DNA of 64,000 nucleotides from Centroscyllium fabricii (taxonomy: Eukaryota), in NCBI GenBank assembly GCA_051313645.2, contig JBNRSN020000008.1, forward strand, positions 121,706,001 to 121,770,000, written 5' to 3'. Shown here piece by piece: positions 10,797-24,101 of this stretch. How positions within the stretch are numbered: the first letter of the stretch is position 1; every line of letters begins with the position of its first letter. The notes beneath the pieces were generated by a model. That model did no database searches, was not told the DNA's origin, and saw only the letters and a list, made by a program, of their open reading frames with translations. Made by a program: the position numbers and the translations under genes.

Positions 10797-13700
10797 TCCT
10801 AAATTAGATTTCAATTTCTTCAATCCGTTTTGCAACTTGGGGAGTCTTCGCCAATGGCCATAGGCGAAATTGCTAAATGACTCATGGGTACTTCAATCAA
10901 AATGATTTAACAACCGCAAACATAATGCTTTTCACAATATTTTAATGGCTTAATAAATTAAATGTAATAATGTAATTATAGATATTAATTCGAATTCCTT
11001 TTCTAATACTTCAGAACAGTACTTTGCGCCGTTGTGAGTATCAAGTGGCCAACACTAAATCGGCAAGGTAGTTCTCTCTAAATGAGTTCGATTCTAAATG
11101 AAACCAAACGGCACAATTAGACCGGACAGTGCATCCAGTTTGATACAGGGCACAGCATTTGTAAATGTACGCATTTATTTATCAAATTATTATTTATTGC
11201 GTTGATAGGATTCTATTTTTGTAAAAAGGTATGCATAACATACTGGCCCAAGAAACACGCCCAAATAGAAACATATTTATTTATGCTTTGTCTTCTCAGT
11301 GCAGAAGTCTCTATCAATGCAAATTTATGCGTTTTCTTCATGTGTATTAGTATAAACCCTCTATTGGGATATAAACTGGTAATATCTAAAGTAACGATCT
11401 GAATTTGCAATGTTAAAAGTTAAAGTTTGCTATAGAAATATATACGGAAAGTAATAATCCGCTTTATTAACTGAAAGACGTTCACGGTTAGGTACTTAGA
11501 TTATTTATCTATTTTAGTTTGACTTTAACCACGATATCACGAAATCAAAACCACTTTATTAGTGCGGCCTTGGTGTGAATACACATACGTGACACCTCTC
11601 GGGCTAGTCATTCCGACGTGTTCAATCCAAATGATAATTGCTATGCTCACGTGTTATTATCCGGCTCGAAACACTGTAAGAATATTTGGCTGCAAGTCAG
11701 GGTCAAACATAAAATGAATTCAATATTCCTTTCTTTTAAGGATGCCCAGCTGTATCATGTAAATGTCGCCCGCGGCAATAAAAAAAGGAATAATTTTAGT
11801 AACATGATTAGGTCTTTGATATTTTTAGCACACAAGGTGACGAATTTCGCATAGTTTCGTGATATATCTAAAGGGCGTTAATAGTGTAAAATTCCTCTGT
11901 CTAAGTTTCATAGATGCAAAACAAATCGAAGCACTGTAAATATAGATCGGACAGAGAGGAACTGTCGGATAATGGATGCTCGGTGCATTCTCTTTGCTGG
12001 AGAAGGTTCAAACCAATTAATAAACTGCTTCAAGAGTCAAGTTAACCTTTGTATTTACAGATGCGCGCCATTTCAAAGTCTACCAAAATCATAGTCTTTA
12101 CCGAGCAGCCTAAATAAAAGCAAAGAGGCAGGTATCTAATACAATTGTAACAAAGTACTGGACATTTACATCATTATTGCTCAAATTCTTCGATAACAGT
12201 TTAGTGCCACAAACATTATAATGTTGTTAAACTAAACTAAACAACTTTGCCGCACATTTGTTGCATTTACAGGACTTAAAAACAGAAAGGAGATGTGAAA
12301 CGCTTAAAATGACAGAATATACCAGGGCATTAAGAAAACAGATATAATAAATGAAACCAAATCAAACCAGCTCAACCAAGTCCAAGTTTGAAATAAAGAC
12401 TTCTTTTACACAGTGCGAAACACAAACCGAAAGCTGGCCGTGACTGCTTCACATAATATTTGTTTGGCCTTCCACTTCCACTAATACTAAATAGAATTCA
12501 TTCTCGCTCAGATTACTCTGCACCAGAGAACAGGGAGAAAATAGTCTCCCGATTTGTTTTTAGCAGCTGACTTTCTATATACAAATAAGAAAATAAATAA
12601 AGTTAGCTTCAATTAGTAGGTTTAAACTTATTAACGTGTGAAATTAGTTACTTTTCCTTCATAACAATTATATTTATAATACTGATTCACTTAACTGAGT
12701 TTTATAGAACTCTGATCAATGTAAATGTTTAAACTATTTAAAAGTACTGTTTTTATCCTCTATTTCATAACAGGACACTTATAAGGAACATGATGCGTTA
12801 TCGCTAATGCACTATTCATCGGCTATTTAAGTAGCAACGTATTTTCTTGGTTAAGTTAGGGATATTGACAGTCAATCTTAACTATTTTATCTCTTTAGAA
12901 AATTAAGTTTTACTTGAAGTGCTGCAAAATGGCAGCCAACGAAAGAATGCGCTTTCCGACGATATTTCTTATACGACATGCAGTAAACTTCTAAAAAATG
13001 AATGTTGTAGAAATTTTATTTTATTTTCGTTTTATTTTAAATATCCTTAAACGGGAAAATGCACTCCACGCGTTTGTTCAGATATAGCAGCATCTAACTG
13101 CAGCGTATGTTCCATTCATTATTCTTAAAGCACTTAACAGCCAGGAAAGGAACAAGCCGTACTTTTCTTTTGCAAATGACATGAAACAACAAGATTGAAC
13201 GTATTTCAATTCCTTCAACATCGCAAAAATTGGCATCTTGCGAGAAACGTCTGGGCAAAAAGTCGCCTCAACGTGTGTCTAAATTCGGCAAGATTATTAT
13301 TTGCACAATCTTGAATGAGGGATAACGTATAAATTGGTGAAATAGAAATCAAAATTGGGTCTTTAATGGTTACAAGTTGCTTAAATAAAGTGTCTTAAGT
13401 GCACTGAGGTATAGCCATGTGAGGTAATAATACATAACGGTTCATACTGAGTAAAATTGAATCGAATGGTTATTGACCTGCCTTTTCCTTCAGCTTTGCA
13501 AATTTTTAGATTCTGGCCTTCCGCCATGATCCATGAAGCAGTATTTTCTTCTCGTTTATAATGAACAAATTATAAATAATAACGCCTTTGCCCATAAACA
13601 CGAAAAATGGAGCAGATAAGAATACTACGCTTTTTTTTTTTAGCGAAATGTGATTTCTTTTCTGAAACCTCCGTGAGCTGGGCTCAGTTACTGCCTGTAA

Positions 13701-14277
13701 ACTAGTCATGGTGAATGCCAAGATTACAGCGCCGTTTCTGACCATGCAAATGAAAGAAAGAAACAAACAAAGTTCAATGTGAAAAGTAAAGAGAAATTAA
13801 CCTAGAAAGGCGAGAATGTTTTCATGTAAAACGAAACTTATTCCTTTTATCACAAATGAAGTTTGCCTGATTCGTGTCATGGTGGACGGTCACTGAACGT
13901 GTTATCTGAAGAAACACGTAGTCTCCCTGCAGCTGTTTAATGGCTATCATCTTTAAAAACTCGGAACCAACTCAATCTTCTGGAACTTTACTCGTAGACT
14001 GGCTGCAATTCCTCCATTGTATCGGCCAGCGAGAGCAGTGAAACATGGCACTGGAGCTGGGGATGCGTTTCTGTTGGAAACAGCGGGTGCATTCTCCTCC
14101 TTTGTACACGATGGTACACTGACTGCCATTAATAGGCCATGTACTCGAGCCATATTTATAGGCGGGAATACTTGTAGCTTTGTGGGATATTAAGCGCTCA
14201 GTGTTAGTTAAACATACTTTACTGGGCCAAAAGAGGCCTGTTTTATTAAAGACACATTAATGTATAATCAAAGGCAC

Positions 14278-14318
14278 CTCATAAAATTTTTATTGATAGG
14301 CATAAAAGCCTTTATGGT
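14278..14318. promoter_or_regulatory. Cdx/posterior-Hox site cluster upstream of HoxD9
   Basis: CATAAAA, TTTTATTG, CATAAAA and TTTATGG within 40 bp. Confidence 0.5.
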
Positions 14319-14883
14319 GGCTTCTGAGTATAGACTATAAAGCGGGCGAGGAACCGTTTACCTCAAAATGTGGTAATATTTAAAACAAATTGCAATATTA
14401 GACGAAGATTCGAAGAGGGGAAAATAAAATCAGCACGTTCGTGTACTCAAGATCTTTTTTTAAAAGGCTCAAATCCTTCATTTTACAACTTGCCGATTAC
14501 TGCTTTTATGGGAGTCGCTAGTCAATGGCCTGTAAAACTCTTCTCTAGACAGGGTATACAGTACAGAAACACCAACGTACCTCGAAGGTGTTTTCTTGCC
14601 GCTTTATTGCACTAAAGTAACAGATATTTGCTCTTGACATAGATCATGGACTACTCACTGCTGATTATGAAATGAGTGACATACATTAATTAGCTTGCGG
14701 GGGGAAAATAGTCCCCCGATTCTCCAGAAGCAGTTTTTACTGCACTTGGAGAGCTTGTCCCTTTGGCTCCAGCAGAATGTTTCCAACGGTCTTGATCAAG
14801 TGATTTTGTTTTGCCCATTGATAATGTATTTTTAAAACATTCTTGTAAAGCTGGGCTAGGCCCATTTGTGGTCAGACCGCTGA

Positions 14884-14942
14884 GCGGATTGATTTACTCG
14901 CTGTATTGGTAAATACAATCACGTGAGCCGCGCAACCAATAG
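14884..14942 (+). promoter_or_regulatory. HoxD9 proximal promoter
   Basis: TGATTTAC (Pbx-Hox), ATTGG, TCACGTG E-box and CCAAT in the order typical of Hox9 promoters, 100-150 bp before the ATG. Confidence 0.7.
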
Positions 14943-15040
14943 CTGCAGCTGTAGTCGGCAAAATACTATGATTGTTCTGAGTGAAGGTATCAGATACACT
15001 TTCCAGTGTAACCTTTTCTATGAAAGCGAGAGAGCCTAAA

Positions 15041-15596
15041 ATGTCGACCGGTGGCACTATACACAATTATTATGTTGACTCTTTGATAGGACAGGAGACA
15101 GAGGACTTATACGCGACTAGATATGCCCAAGGATCTCACGGCGCAGCTTCAAGGCCGCCAGGTGTAGCAGACAGTTCAGATTTCTCTTCCTGCAGCTTTG
15201 CCCCCAAGTCAACCGTATTTTCTAATCCCTGGTCTCCCGTTCATCCTCAAGCCTCTGCCGCCGTTGCAGGGATCTACCATCCTTACATGCATCAATCGCA
15301 TCTTGCAGCTGGAGACACCAGATACGTGCGCTCATGGTTAGAACCACTTTCCACTTCAGTCGCTTTCCCCGGATTCCATACCAGCGGCCGGCATTACGGG
15401 ATCAAGCCGGAAACTTTATCAACCAAGAGAACTGAGTGCTCTTCCTATGAGCTGCAAACCCTCAGCCTGCCAGAATTCACTTGCGGCACCTACCCACAGA
15501 GCAGGGAGAAGCTTCCCAATGAGCTTGGCTGCACCAGCTCCGAGACTGCGAGCAACAGTGAGCGCAAGGAGGAGAAACAACAGCAACTTGACCCAA
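15041..15596 (+). CDS. hoxd9: Homeobox protein Hox-D9, exon 1
   Basis: MSTGGTIHNYYVDSLIG...DFSSCSFAPKS...RYVRSWLEP...YGIKPE (Hox9 activation domain). Donor CAA|GTAAGT at 15597. An in-frame upstream ATG lies at 15020. Confidence 0.96.
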
Positions 15597-16127
15597 GTAA
15601 GTGCAAAAATTGCAGCTTGATTTACAACCCGAACCTGTAGACCCGAGTGTGCAAAGCTGATGGTTTTACAAACCTATAAAAACGTCTAGACGCCTACCCA
15701 AGCCTGAAAAGCTACAGCCAGCAGTAAATAGTTTATATTGTTTACAGATCATTTTTACGCACACATTTGCGTCTGACAAGACTGTGAAAGGTTGTTTTAA
15801 AGTTGGTGCATTCTTTCTCACTGAATTTTACAGGACTATCTGAAAGTCGAAGGCAAAATACATGTTTCTAGTTTACACATTTGTAACTACTTTTCCATTC
15901 TTTCTATCAAAGATTCTTTTCTATTTGTTAACAGCCCACTTCAAAACAGGCCCAAACGGATCAATCGCTGCCTCCATATATTGAATCGCCCTGAACTTGT
16001 CAAGTAACCAGTGGGGAAAGGGCACCGCTGCTTTGAGACATATTATTGCGTTTGTGTGTCTGAAATTCCATGGAAAATATCCAGGAGATGTTCAGATTGT
16101 AATTATACTTTTTTCCTTTCCTTCCAG

Positions 16128-16372
16128 ATCACCCTGCAATAAATTGGATCCACGCTCGTTCCACCAGAAAGAAACGTTGCCCTTACACCAAATACCAGAC
16201 GCTTGAGTTAGAAAAGGAGTTTTTATTTAATATGTATCTTACCAGAGACCGGCGATATGAAGTTGCTAGAATTTTAAATCTTACCGAGCGGCAGGTAAAG
16301 ATTTGGTTTCAAAACAGAAGAATGAAAATGAAAAAGATGAACAAGGTGAAAAATAATGAAGAGCGTAATTGA
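16128..16372 (+). CDS. hoxd9: Homeobox protein Hox-D9, exon 2 (homeodomain)
   Basis: Acceptor CCTTCCAG, then [81 protein letters not shown]. Spliced product 266 aa. Confidence 0.97.
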
Positions 16373-18321
16373 TCTTAGCGATAGATTTGAAAATCCTACA
16401 GACTGTGTAAAAAGTGTTTGTCTATCTAGTGGTGCCTGGTCTATTCGAAGCACGGTCTATGTTTCCCAGTGTTGTACTGTTTCAGAGCAATCCTGTGTTT
16501 AAACAACTGCCTTTTATCTATAGACTGTCCCTGATTTGCTGCTATTGGCTTACATTAAACAGATTTTAAACTGATGTCAGCACGTTAGTTGTATTACGTT
16601 AAAACATTATTAAAATATACTTGTTTTATATAGAAATAAAACACGCATATTTGAACATTTGTTTAGTTGTGCAACGTGTAAAATGCTGTATTTCTGCTGT
16701 ACTGTTAGTGTATTATTTAGATATAAATATAGAGAAATGCAACCCCTTTTCCGTTTTATTCAGTTTTTATGCCGGTTACTCTGTGGAATGTAATACGAAA
16801 GCCACTGGCTGTGCATCAACCAGTTATTTTCCAGTGGTAAGACACTATCACTTGCTGATAAAGGGTGTCAAGCCAATGTAATATTTATTTAAAATATGTC
16901 AAGTTACATTAGCAGAGCGTCACGGTCAATATGGGAAGGTATCTTTCTCGAATAACCTAAACGTGTCCTTAAACTATAGGCATCTTTTAAGGAACCCAAA
17001 TACATAGAAAGGTGTTTAAATTCTGTTACTTTTCCAATGGCCGTGGGCATCTTTTTTGTGCGTTTGGGACAATCTGAAGCAAGTTTATTTTAGTGACTAG
17101 TGAATATGACCTGCTTTAATGCGGTGCCTATTGCGTCGATTTGAATACTGTTATAACGAGGCGTTACTTGGACCATTACATAAGGCAAATCCAATGTAAT
17201 TAATGAAATTTGAAGATGTAAGAAAATATAATGTCACGGTAGTTTTTGACTTACTCCTAGATCCTCCACAGTATTTAATAGCTACCACAGATGTGACAAT
17301 AAAAATTATACTGTGCAGCAAAAGTCAAAAGACTATAATTAAAAGCAGAAAGTTCCACTCATGTTCACTGTTTTGTACCTTTGCTCGTTATGATAACAAT
17401 AAAAAGTTTATAAACATTTCAGATTTGCTGTTAGTGTAAAAGTCATTTATGATTCGATAAACGCTGTTCCGATGTAAACAATTAGACATTTCAAGAGGGA
17501 CTGCAAAGCTATATATTCCATTAGAAGGCCATTGTTACATTGTCTCTGCTTTATGTTTGAAACAGTCAGTATTGTTAAATTGATGCTAATATTAAGATGA
17601 CCCAATGGGGATTTCGTTCAAATTAGCTGATCAGCACTCTAATATTGATATCATGGTGGAAAAGGACCATTGGCTGGTATATTTTATGAAAACAATTCAG
17701 AAATCTTGGACTTTCTGGATTGTAGTAATTAACAACTATCCACCAAACTCTTGGGGTTTATAGATAACGTTGGCCAAAGTATTTTGTAAAACAAAAACGT
17801 TTTTTAATCAATGTATTTTGTATATTCCCTTAGCATATGAGTTGCTATCTGCTTGAAGGAAGCTGTGTCCATCTCTTAAGCAGCCCTCTTTAGACTGTTG
17901 TAAGGTGTGTTATAGTTTCCCCCTTATTGTTGGAGCAATGTGTTATTCATATTGTTCACCCGGGTCCGACGAGTGGCAGATTGGAATGATTCATAATTAC
18001 AAATACACTTGCTACATGAGTTAAAGGTCTAAAAATAAACAGCAACAAAGTATATATACATTGTTGGTAAAGCATTGGGTGCGGACTAACTATAACTGTA
18101 CACACAAATAGCCACAGAGCACAGACAGCTTCATTTTATTTCACGTCACTCTCATTATCGGTTCGGACTGGAAACAATTGCGTGCAGTCGTAAAACTAGA
18201 ACTTCATTCTTTTTGGAGAAGTTCTCTAAAACCTTTAGTGTTCAGAAGGTGTTGAATTGCCACCATTCTACATACAGTATTTTAGAACAGGAAGAAACGG
18301 GGTTCAATAAACCCCCACAAC

Positions 18322-18410
18322 TGGCTAGACGTCTGACCTTAATGGCTTTATGGTTTTCTTCATGTAATTACGGACTTCTTTGAAATCAACCAATTCAGAT
18401 GTTTTTGTCT
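18322..18410. promoter_or_regulatory. Paralogue of the Hoxc8 early enhancer upstream of HoxD8
   Basis: TGGCTAGACGTCTG, TTAAT, TTTATGG (Cdx, 18347), CTTTGAAATC (Tcf/Lef, 18378) and TGTTTTTGTCT appear in the same order as the recalled Hoxc8 early enhancer. Confidence 0.75.
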
Positions 18411-19453
18411 GCTGGTGACAAACAAAAATGCAGACACTAGTTAAAGGGGCGAAGACAATTAATTCCGCCTTGTCACTTGAGTCTGGACAAACTGTTATCT
18501 ATTCCCAAACATATATGTAGGGAGGACAATGAAGTATTTTTCGCTACAATGAAGATTTACGCAAAATATTAGTCAGCATGTCCAGTCAAAAAGTAATAAC
18601 GCGGGAATCTGTGCGATTACTAAATTAACTGAAAAGACACGCGGCAGGAAACAACAGAGACGTTCAAAACTATAATACTTAAGTGCAACATATTTTGTTA
18701 TGCACGATGCAAATGATTTATACGCGAATATGTGTAACAGATTGTTTAAAAGACGAGTCGAAACTAAGTTGAACACAGCTAGAAAACGAGCTTTATTTTG
18801 CATTTGTGTTTTACGAATTTATTTAATTTTGCATCTCCATATAAATATTTCTTATCTCGCACACATACGCAGTACAAACGTATTCATAAATGCAAAACAG
18901 ATTCTAACAACAACAAATGGAGCACATCCAGCAATACTTCTCGCCCTATAGAAAGACATAGTTAGATCTTTCCAGATATTTAGTAGTCGCTAATAAGGTT
19001 CCCTCTGTGCATCTGTGTTTCTTCCTTTGTCTCTGTATACACGTGCAGTTACACATCCCCCCTCCCTTATTCAGATTATTCGATCACCGTAGAAATGAGC
19101 ATATATAGGCAACCAGCCGATTTGACTTACATATGTTTTGGAGAGTCATATCAGGAGTATAATATATATAATTAGTTGACTGCTTTCTGCCCAATACCAA
19201 GTGTATAAAGTTTCAAATTATCATCTAACGTTTTGAACCTCTGCAGTTTCGTTGGAGAGTGCTGAATGCCCTCTTAGTGCATAGGGTATATGACGCAAGT
19301 TGTAGTGACAATTCTGAAACATTTTTACATAAAACCATTTCTATCATTTATTGAGATCTAATGGAGCTCCTTTTATGTTTCGTTTCTTCTCAAGCATGTT
19401 AACTGGTTCTTGAATGATACTGCACAAAAGTGAACCAAAGTATCCCCAGTTCC

Positions 19454-19470
19454 GGTTCAGTCGTAGTTCA
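19454..19470 (+). promoter_or_regulatory. DR5 retinoic acid response element (candidate)
   Basis: GGTTCA-gtcgt-AGTTCA, a perfect RGKTCA-n5-RGKTCA. Confidence 0.5.
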
Positions 19471-22400
19471 TATCATTATCCACTGGGTGGTGCTGTCGCT
19501 CCACTATACCCAATTGGAAACCAGCAAGTGGCAACAGAAACATAGTAAAACGCTTAAAAGGAAAGTAGTAACTTTTCGTCGCGTTTTTTAATTTACAAAA
19601 CATGAAAAACAGTAATAGTAGAAGTCTGATTCTTCGGAAGAATTTCAAACTACAAGTTTAATATTACAATTGTAGACTCACCCAAAACGTTCAAAATCAA
19701 ACACGTGTGAACGTAAAAAGTTCCATATAACTTTGTGGAAATGTATTATTAAATGGTTACACTGAACAGGCTTTCGATATTTAAAAAATTGTAAGAACAA
19801 ATTGACGGATTTTTCATAACAATTGACAACTGTTGTAGACAGTTGTAATTCCAATTTTCACCCAAAAATCTCCATATTTGTGCTTGTATTGATGATGTTC
19901 ATTCACTGAAACTCTAAAATATGATGTTTCCACGATGGATGAAGTCATGCACTCCGGTCACAGTCGGCGTGGTACATGTCAAATAATGCAGAGTTGGATT
20001 CGAGAATAAGGATGTCATTTTTTTAATTTCTCAATTTTAATAAATGATGTTATTCAGAAACGAAAACTGAAATGTGTAAACTGGTGGAGCATTATCACAA
20101 CAAAACTGGTGCAGCATTATCAGAACAAACAGTGAGCATTCCGAGCTAATCTTAATAAAATGCATCATTCTCAACTTTAACTGGAGTAAACATTTCTTTA
20201 TGTTAACGTGCGTTTCAGTCTTTAAAACAAGAATCAAAAATATAGAGCCCGGTCTACCATTTGTATAAAATTCCGCTTGGCGTTCAATTTTACAATCTTC
20301 CCTTTAAAATATTTCTTCCAAAATATGTTGTGATAATATTCAACGATTTCTGAAACATTTTCAAGCGTTCGAATACAGTTACAGATTTAAAAGTAAAACA
20401 ACATTAATGCCACTGTGCACTTTGGTGTAACTGTTCGTAAACTCGCTGCGTTGACATGTCCCGGAATAAATCGACTACAAATATAGAATTTTTTTAGTGC
20501 GAAAAAAAATGAAGTTTAGAGTTAACATTTTAATTATAATCTACACGATGTGATTCGAGATGTCTTTTCAACAAAGAAAACCTTTTCTCAGGATTTCGGA
20601 TGGAACGCTTGCAGCCGGTTTAAACTATATATACATTGTTTTGTATTATGCACCTACCCGCCAACAGTCCACGATTACAGATACATACGAGATATGTGTG
20701 TTTGTCGTTGAACACTGGGGTTTCTTCAATAAACCCGATCAGTGTTCATTCGTGCTTTTCGGATTTCTGGCCTAGCTCCCTCCGATTAGAAGCGGCTCTG
20801 TAATCATTTCAGACAGTAAAACAAATAGAAAAGTAAAACAGAGCTAAGATGTACATTTAAATGAACAACGAGCTGTATATATACACTCTCGCCTTACGGG
20901 TCAGATGTTTAAAATAAGAAAATGACTTGAATGGCTTGTACAGAAAGGGCACGGGGCAATCCTCGTCATGCCATTTGTCCTTTCGTATAAACTTGCTTAA
21001 ATGGAGCAAACATTTATGTAAAATAGATATTTTGCCAAAAAGTAAATGACAAAATTAATATGCAGCATTACAAATTAATGGAAATGTTCATCATACTGTA
21101 GTTTGCCGGAGGTTTTAACCGAGGCCGTGATCAGTGTTCCTGCTCCAGAATGCAGCTAAAACTGGGAAAATGGCAGCTTTTATTTCCATCTCAATGTGCA
21201 ACTTCGTGAACATTATGTTATAATTACACAATGATAACGCGTTTGAAATTGCGAATTTTCAGCTGACTTTTGTTTTACGCAAATAAATGAGAAATTACTG
21301 AAAAAGAATGTGGTTGCAGCAAAGCCCAGCGCATATTGGAGGCAAAACTCATGTTGGTCCATTTAGAATGAACCGACGCTGCACACATTGAAGTCGAAGC
21401 AGAATTCTCCTGGTTAACAGTCAGTGAACATTGCTGACTCTATTTCCCTGGAGCTTTCTGTGGGATTGAGACAACCACCGGAGCGTGAGGAACAAAGTTC
21501 ACTGGTGAATACAAGTTTAACCAGATCAAGCAGTCTTTTCGATTAAACTTTAAACGCAGTCGCTTGAAGGAAAAAAACATGGGATTCAGTTTATTCATGA
21601 GCGATTCAGCTCTCAGGAACTAAAGCTAGCCAACTCGGGAACTGCACGCCTCTCAGCTCAAGCTTGCTGTTTCTCCCGATGCCGGAGTTCTTGTTGAAAT
21701 TTCAACCTGAAACTGCAAATTTTGAGTTTGCCTGCAGACCCGAGCTGCTTTTCTGGGCAATGACGTCTGCCAGGGGTGAAATGATGGAAATTGTATTCAC
21801 AGGCATGATTTTCATTAGGTAGCTATTAACCTCCAAGTTTCAGTCAAGCGAGCCTATTTTTTATCTGAGGCAAGGGTAACCGTTGCTTCCCGTTCTTTGT
21901 AGAAGGGATGTTTCATGCAGTATATTAAGGCTGTTTGATACTTTTTTTGTAAACAGGGATCTATTTCTGTTCATCTGTTTCCTACTTAACCCCAGTAACA
22001 GCATTAACGATTGCTGATTGACAACCGTTTATAGGTAAACAACAAAAGTATCCATGCGCCAAATATAGTTATGTATGCACATATAAATAAATATATAAAT
22101 ATATATAAAATATATATATATAAGCTGGATAGGCAGAGTGACAGTCGCACGCAGATTCTGCAAGATTTTCAGAAACAGCCCGCAACAAAATAATCCCTAC
22201 TCTTAATTTTAACTTTAGCCTTTTATCCCTCTGGCCTTTCCCCCCATTTTTGACCATGTCTTGACCTTGAGACCAGTCTCACCTTGTTGTGCTCTAAAAT
22301 CTAATTGCTGTGCTGTAACCGGGCCAGCTTCATCTCTCTTCAGCTGAGTGGCGCACGTATTTCATGTTTTCTGTGATGCGGCCCGCCTAATTGTAATGAG

Positions 22401-22763
22401 AGTGTGCTGAATATATTAATCCGCATGTTATCTTTTTTTCCCGATCTGTGTGCCCTCTACTTAAAAAATATATCATTTCCCAGTGCAGACGTGTTGCCCG
22501 CGAAAGCGGTAACTGTAAACGGCAGTCAAAGCTCTTCTCAGCTGGCTTCGGACTGAGCTGCGGTTTCAAAGTGAAGCAGCCCAAGCAGTGAGGCAGTTGT
22601 GTACCTAGAGTATTAGCGAGTATGTTCCACGGGGCATCACTGCACACTGGACCTGCATTGCCATCATGAGCACTGTGTAGACCGGGGAACCCAATAACAT
22701 CACTCCAGTATTGTTTAACATTTATTTTGCTGATATTCATTGGCCATTCTAGAGTCTGCACAG

Positions 22764-23190
22764 ATGAGTTCATATTTTGTAAATCCATTCTACTCCAAGT
22801 ACAAGCCAGGAGAAGCCCTCAGCCCCACTTACTACGACTGCCGGTTTCCCCAAGACGTGACCAGTAGACACGCTGTGGTCTATGGGCCCAGCAGCGGCGC
22901 CAGCTTCCAGCACCCAGCTCAAGTTCAAGAATTTTACCATCATGGGACATCAGCACTTCCTAATACTGGCTTTCAACATAATCCTTGTGGAATTACGTGT
23001 CATGGTGACCCCTCTAAATTTTACGGATACGATAACTTACAAAGACAGCAAATTTTTACGACACAGCAAGAGGCCGATCTGGTACAATATCCTGACTGTA
23101 AATCGTCTAGCAGTAATATTGGCGAGGAACCAGAGCACTTAAATCAGAACTCGTCTCCTACTCAAATGTTTCCCTGGATGAGACCTCAAG
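22764..23190 (+). CDS. hoxd8: Homeobox protein Hox-D8, exon 1
   Basis: [18 protein letters not shown]...[38 protein letters not shown]...QMFPWMRPQ. Donor AAG|GTTGG at 23191. Confidence 0.96.
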
Positions 23191-23413
23191 GTTGGATATA
23201 TTAAAATTAGCTTCCATCTCACGTTTTACTGTTCAGTTACACCGCCAAGGTGTTTAACGCTATCTGTAATAGTCGGCTTTTATAGGAACACGTTCTTTGT
23301 AAAGCAGTGCCGAGAAAAGCAAAGATTGTTGCCGTTGTTGCTAGTCTGTGGTTCTTTGATTGTGTGCATTGTATCCGCTGTTGATTGTTTCTTGTCTTTC
23401 TGCTGTTCTTTAG

Positions 23414-23709
23414 CAGCGCCCGGCAGACGCCGAGGGAGACAAACTTACAGCCGGTTCCAGACGCTGGAGCTCGAAAAGGAATTCCTGTTCAACCCGTATC
23501 TGACTCGAAAGCGAAGGATCGAGGTTTCACATGCTCTGGGACTGACTGAGAGACAGGTGAAGATTTGGTTTCAAAATAGGAGAATGAAATGGAAAAAAGA
23601 AAACAACAAAGACAAATTTCCAACCTCTCGGAACGAGGAGGAGGAGGAAGAGGTCAAGAAAGAACAGGAAGAGCCTGAGCAGGGGACAACAGAAACTGAG
23701 ACCAAGTAA
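23414..23709 (+). CDS. hoxd8: Homeobox protein Hox-D8, exon 2 (homeodomain)
   Basis: Acceptor TTTAG (alternative CAG, exon start 23417), then [70 protein letters not shown] and an acidic tail. Spliced product 240 aa. Confidence 0.97.
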
Positions 23710-24101
23710 CTGTACCCCCTTTGGCCTCAAAGCAAAAACCTCATTCAGTTTGTGCCAATTCCACTGTTAAACGTGTTGATCAGAACAAATCCTCCAGCAC
23801 ATTGATGGCTAGTTTTGTGTAAACAGTCCACCTGTTTTTGAAGTTCTTTAGAGCCTTAATTCGACATTATTTCTAATGAGGTCTGTGTGCATCATTTTAA
23901 CCTTTTCAATCACACTCCGACAGATAGAGTATCAACCGTCCTATAGAATTTTCCAATTCCCTTTAAAAGTGGAAAGCGGCAAATCGCAGAAGAAATAGCC
24001 ATTTTGAATAAAGATTATATTGCTTTTTAATAGGACGAAAATATGAAATGATATCGTGATTGATTTAGTTTGTTGATTTTATTTAGCATTTTGTGATTAT
24101 A

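Noticed and set aside
14549-14556. miR-10 8-mer seed match ACAGGGTA
   Set aside because: Lies upstream of the HoxD9 promoter, not in a supported 3'UTR.
10200-15000. miR-196 hairpin between Hox10 and Hox9
   Set aside because: No TAGGTAGTTTCATGTTG match found by eye. AAGGTAGTTCTC at about 11065 is short and has no pairing arm.
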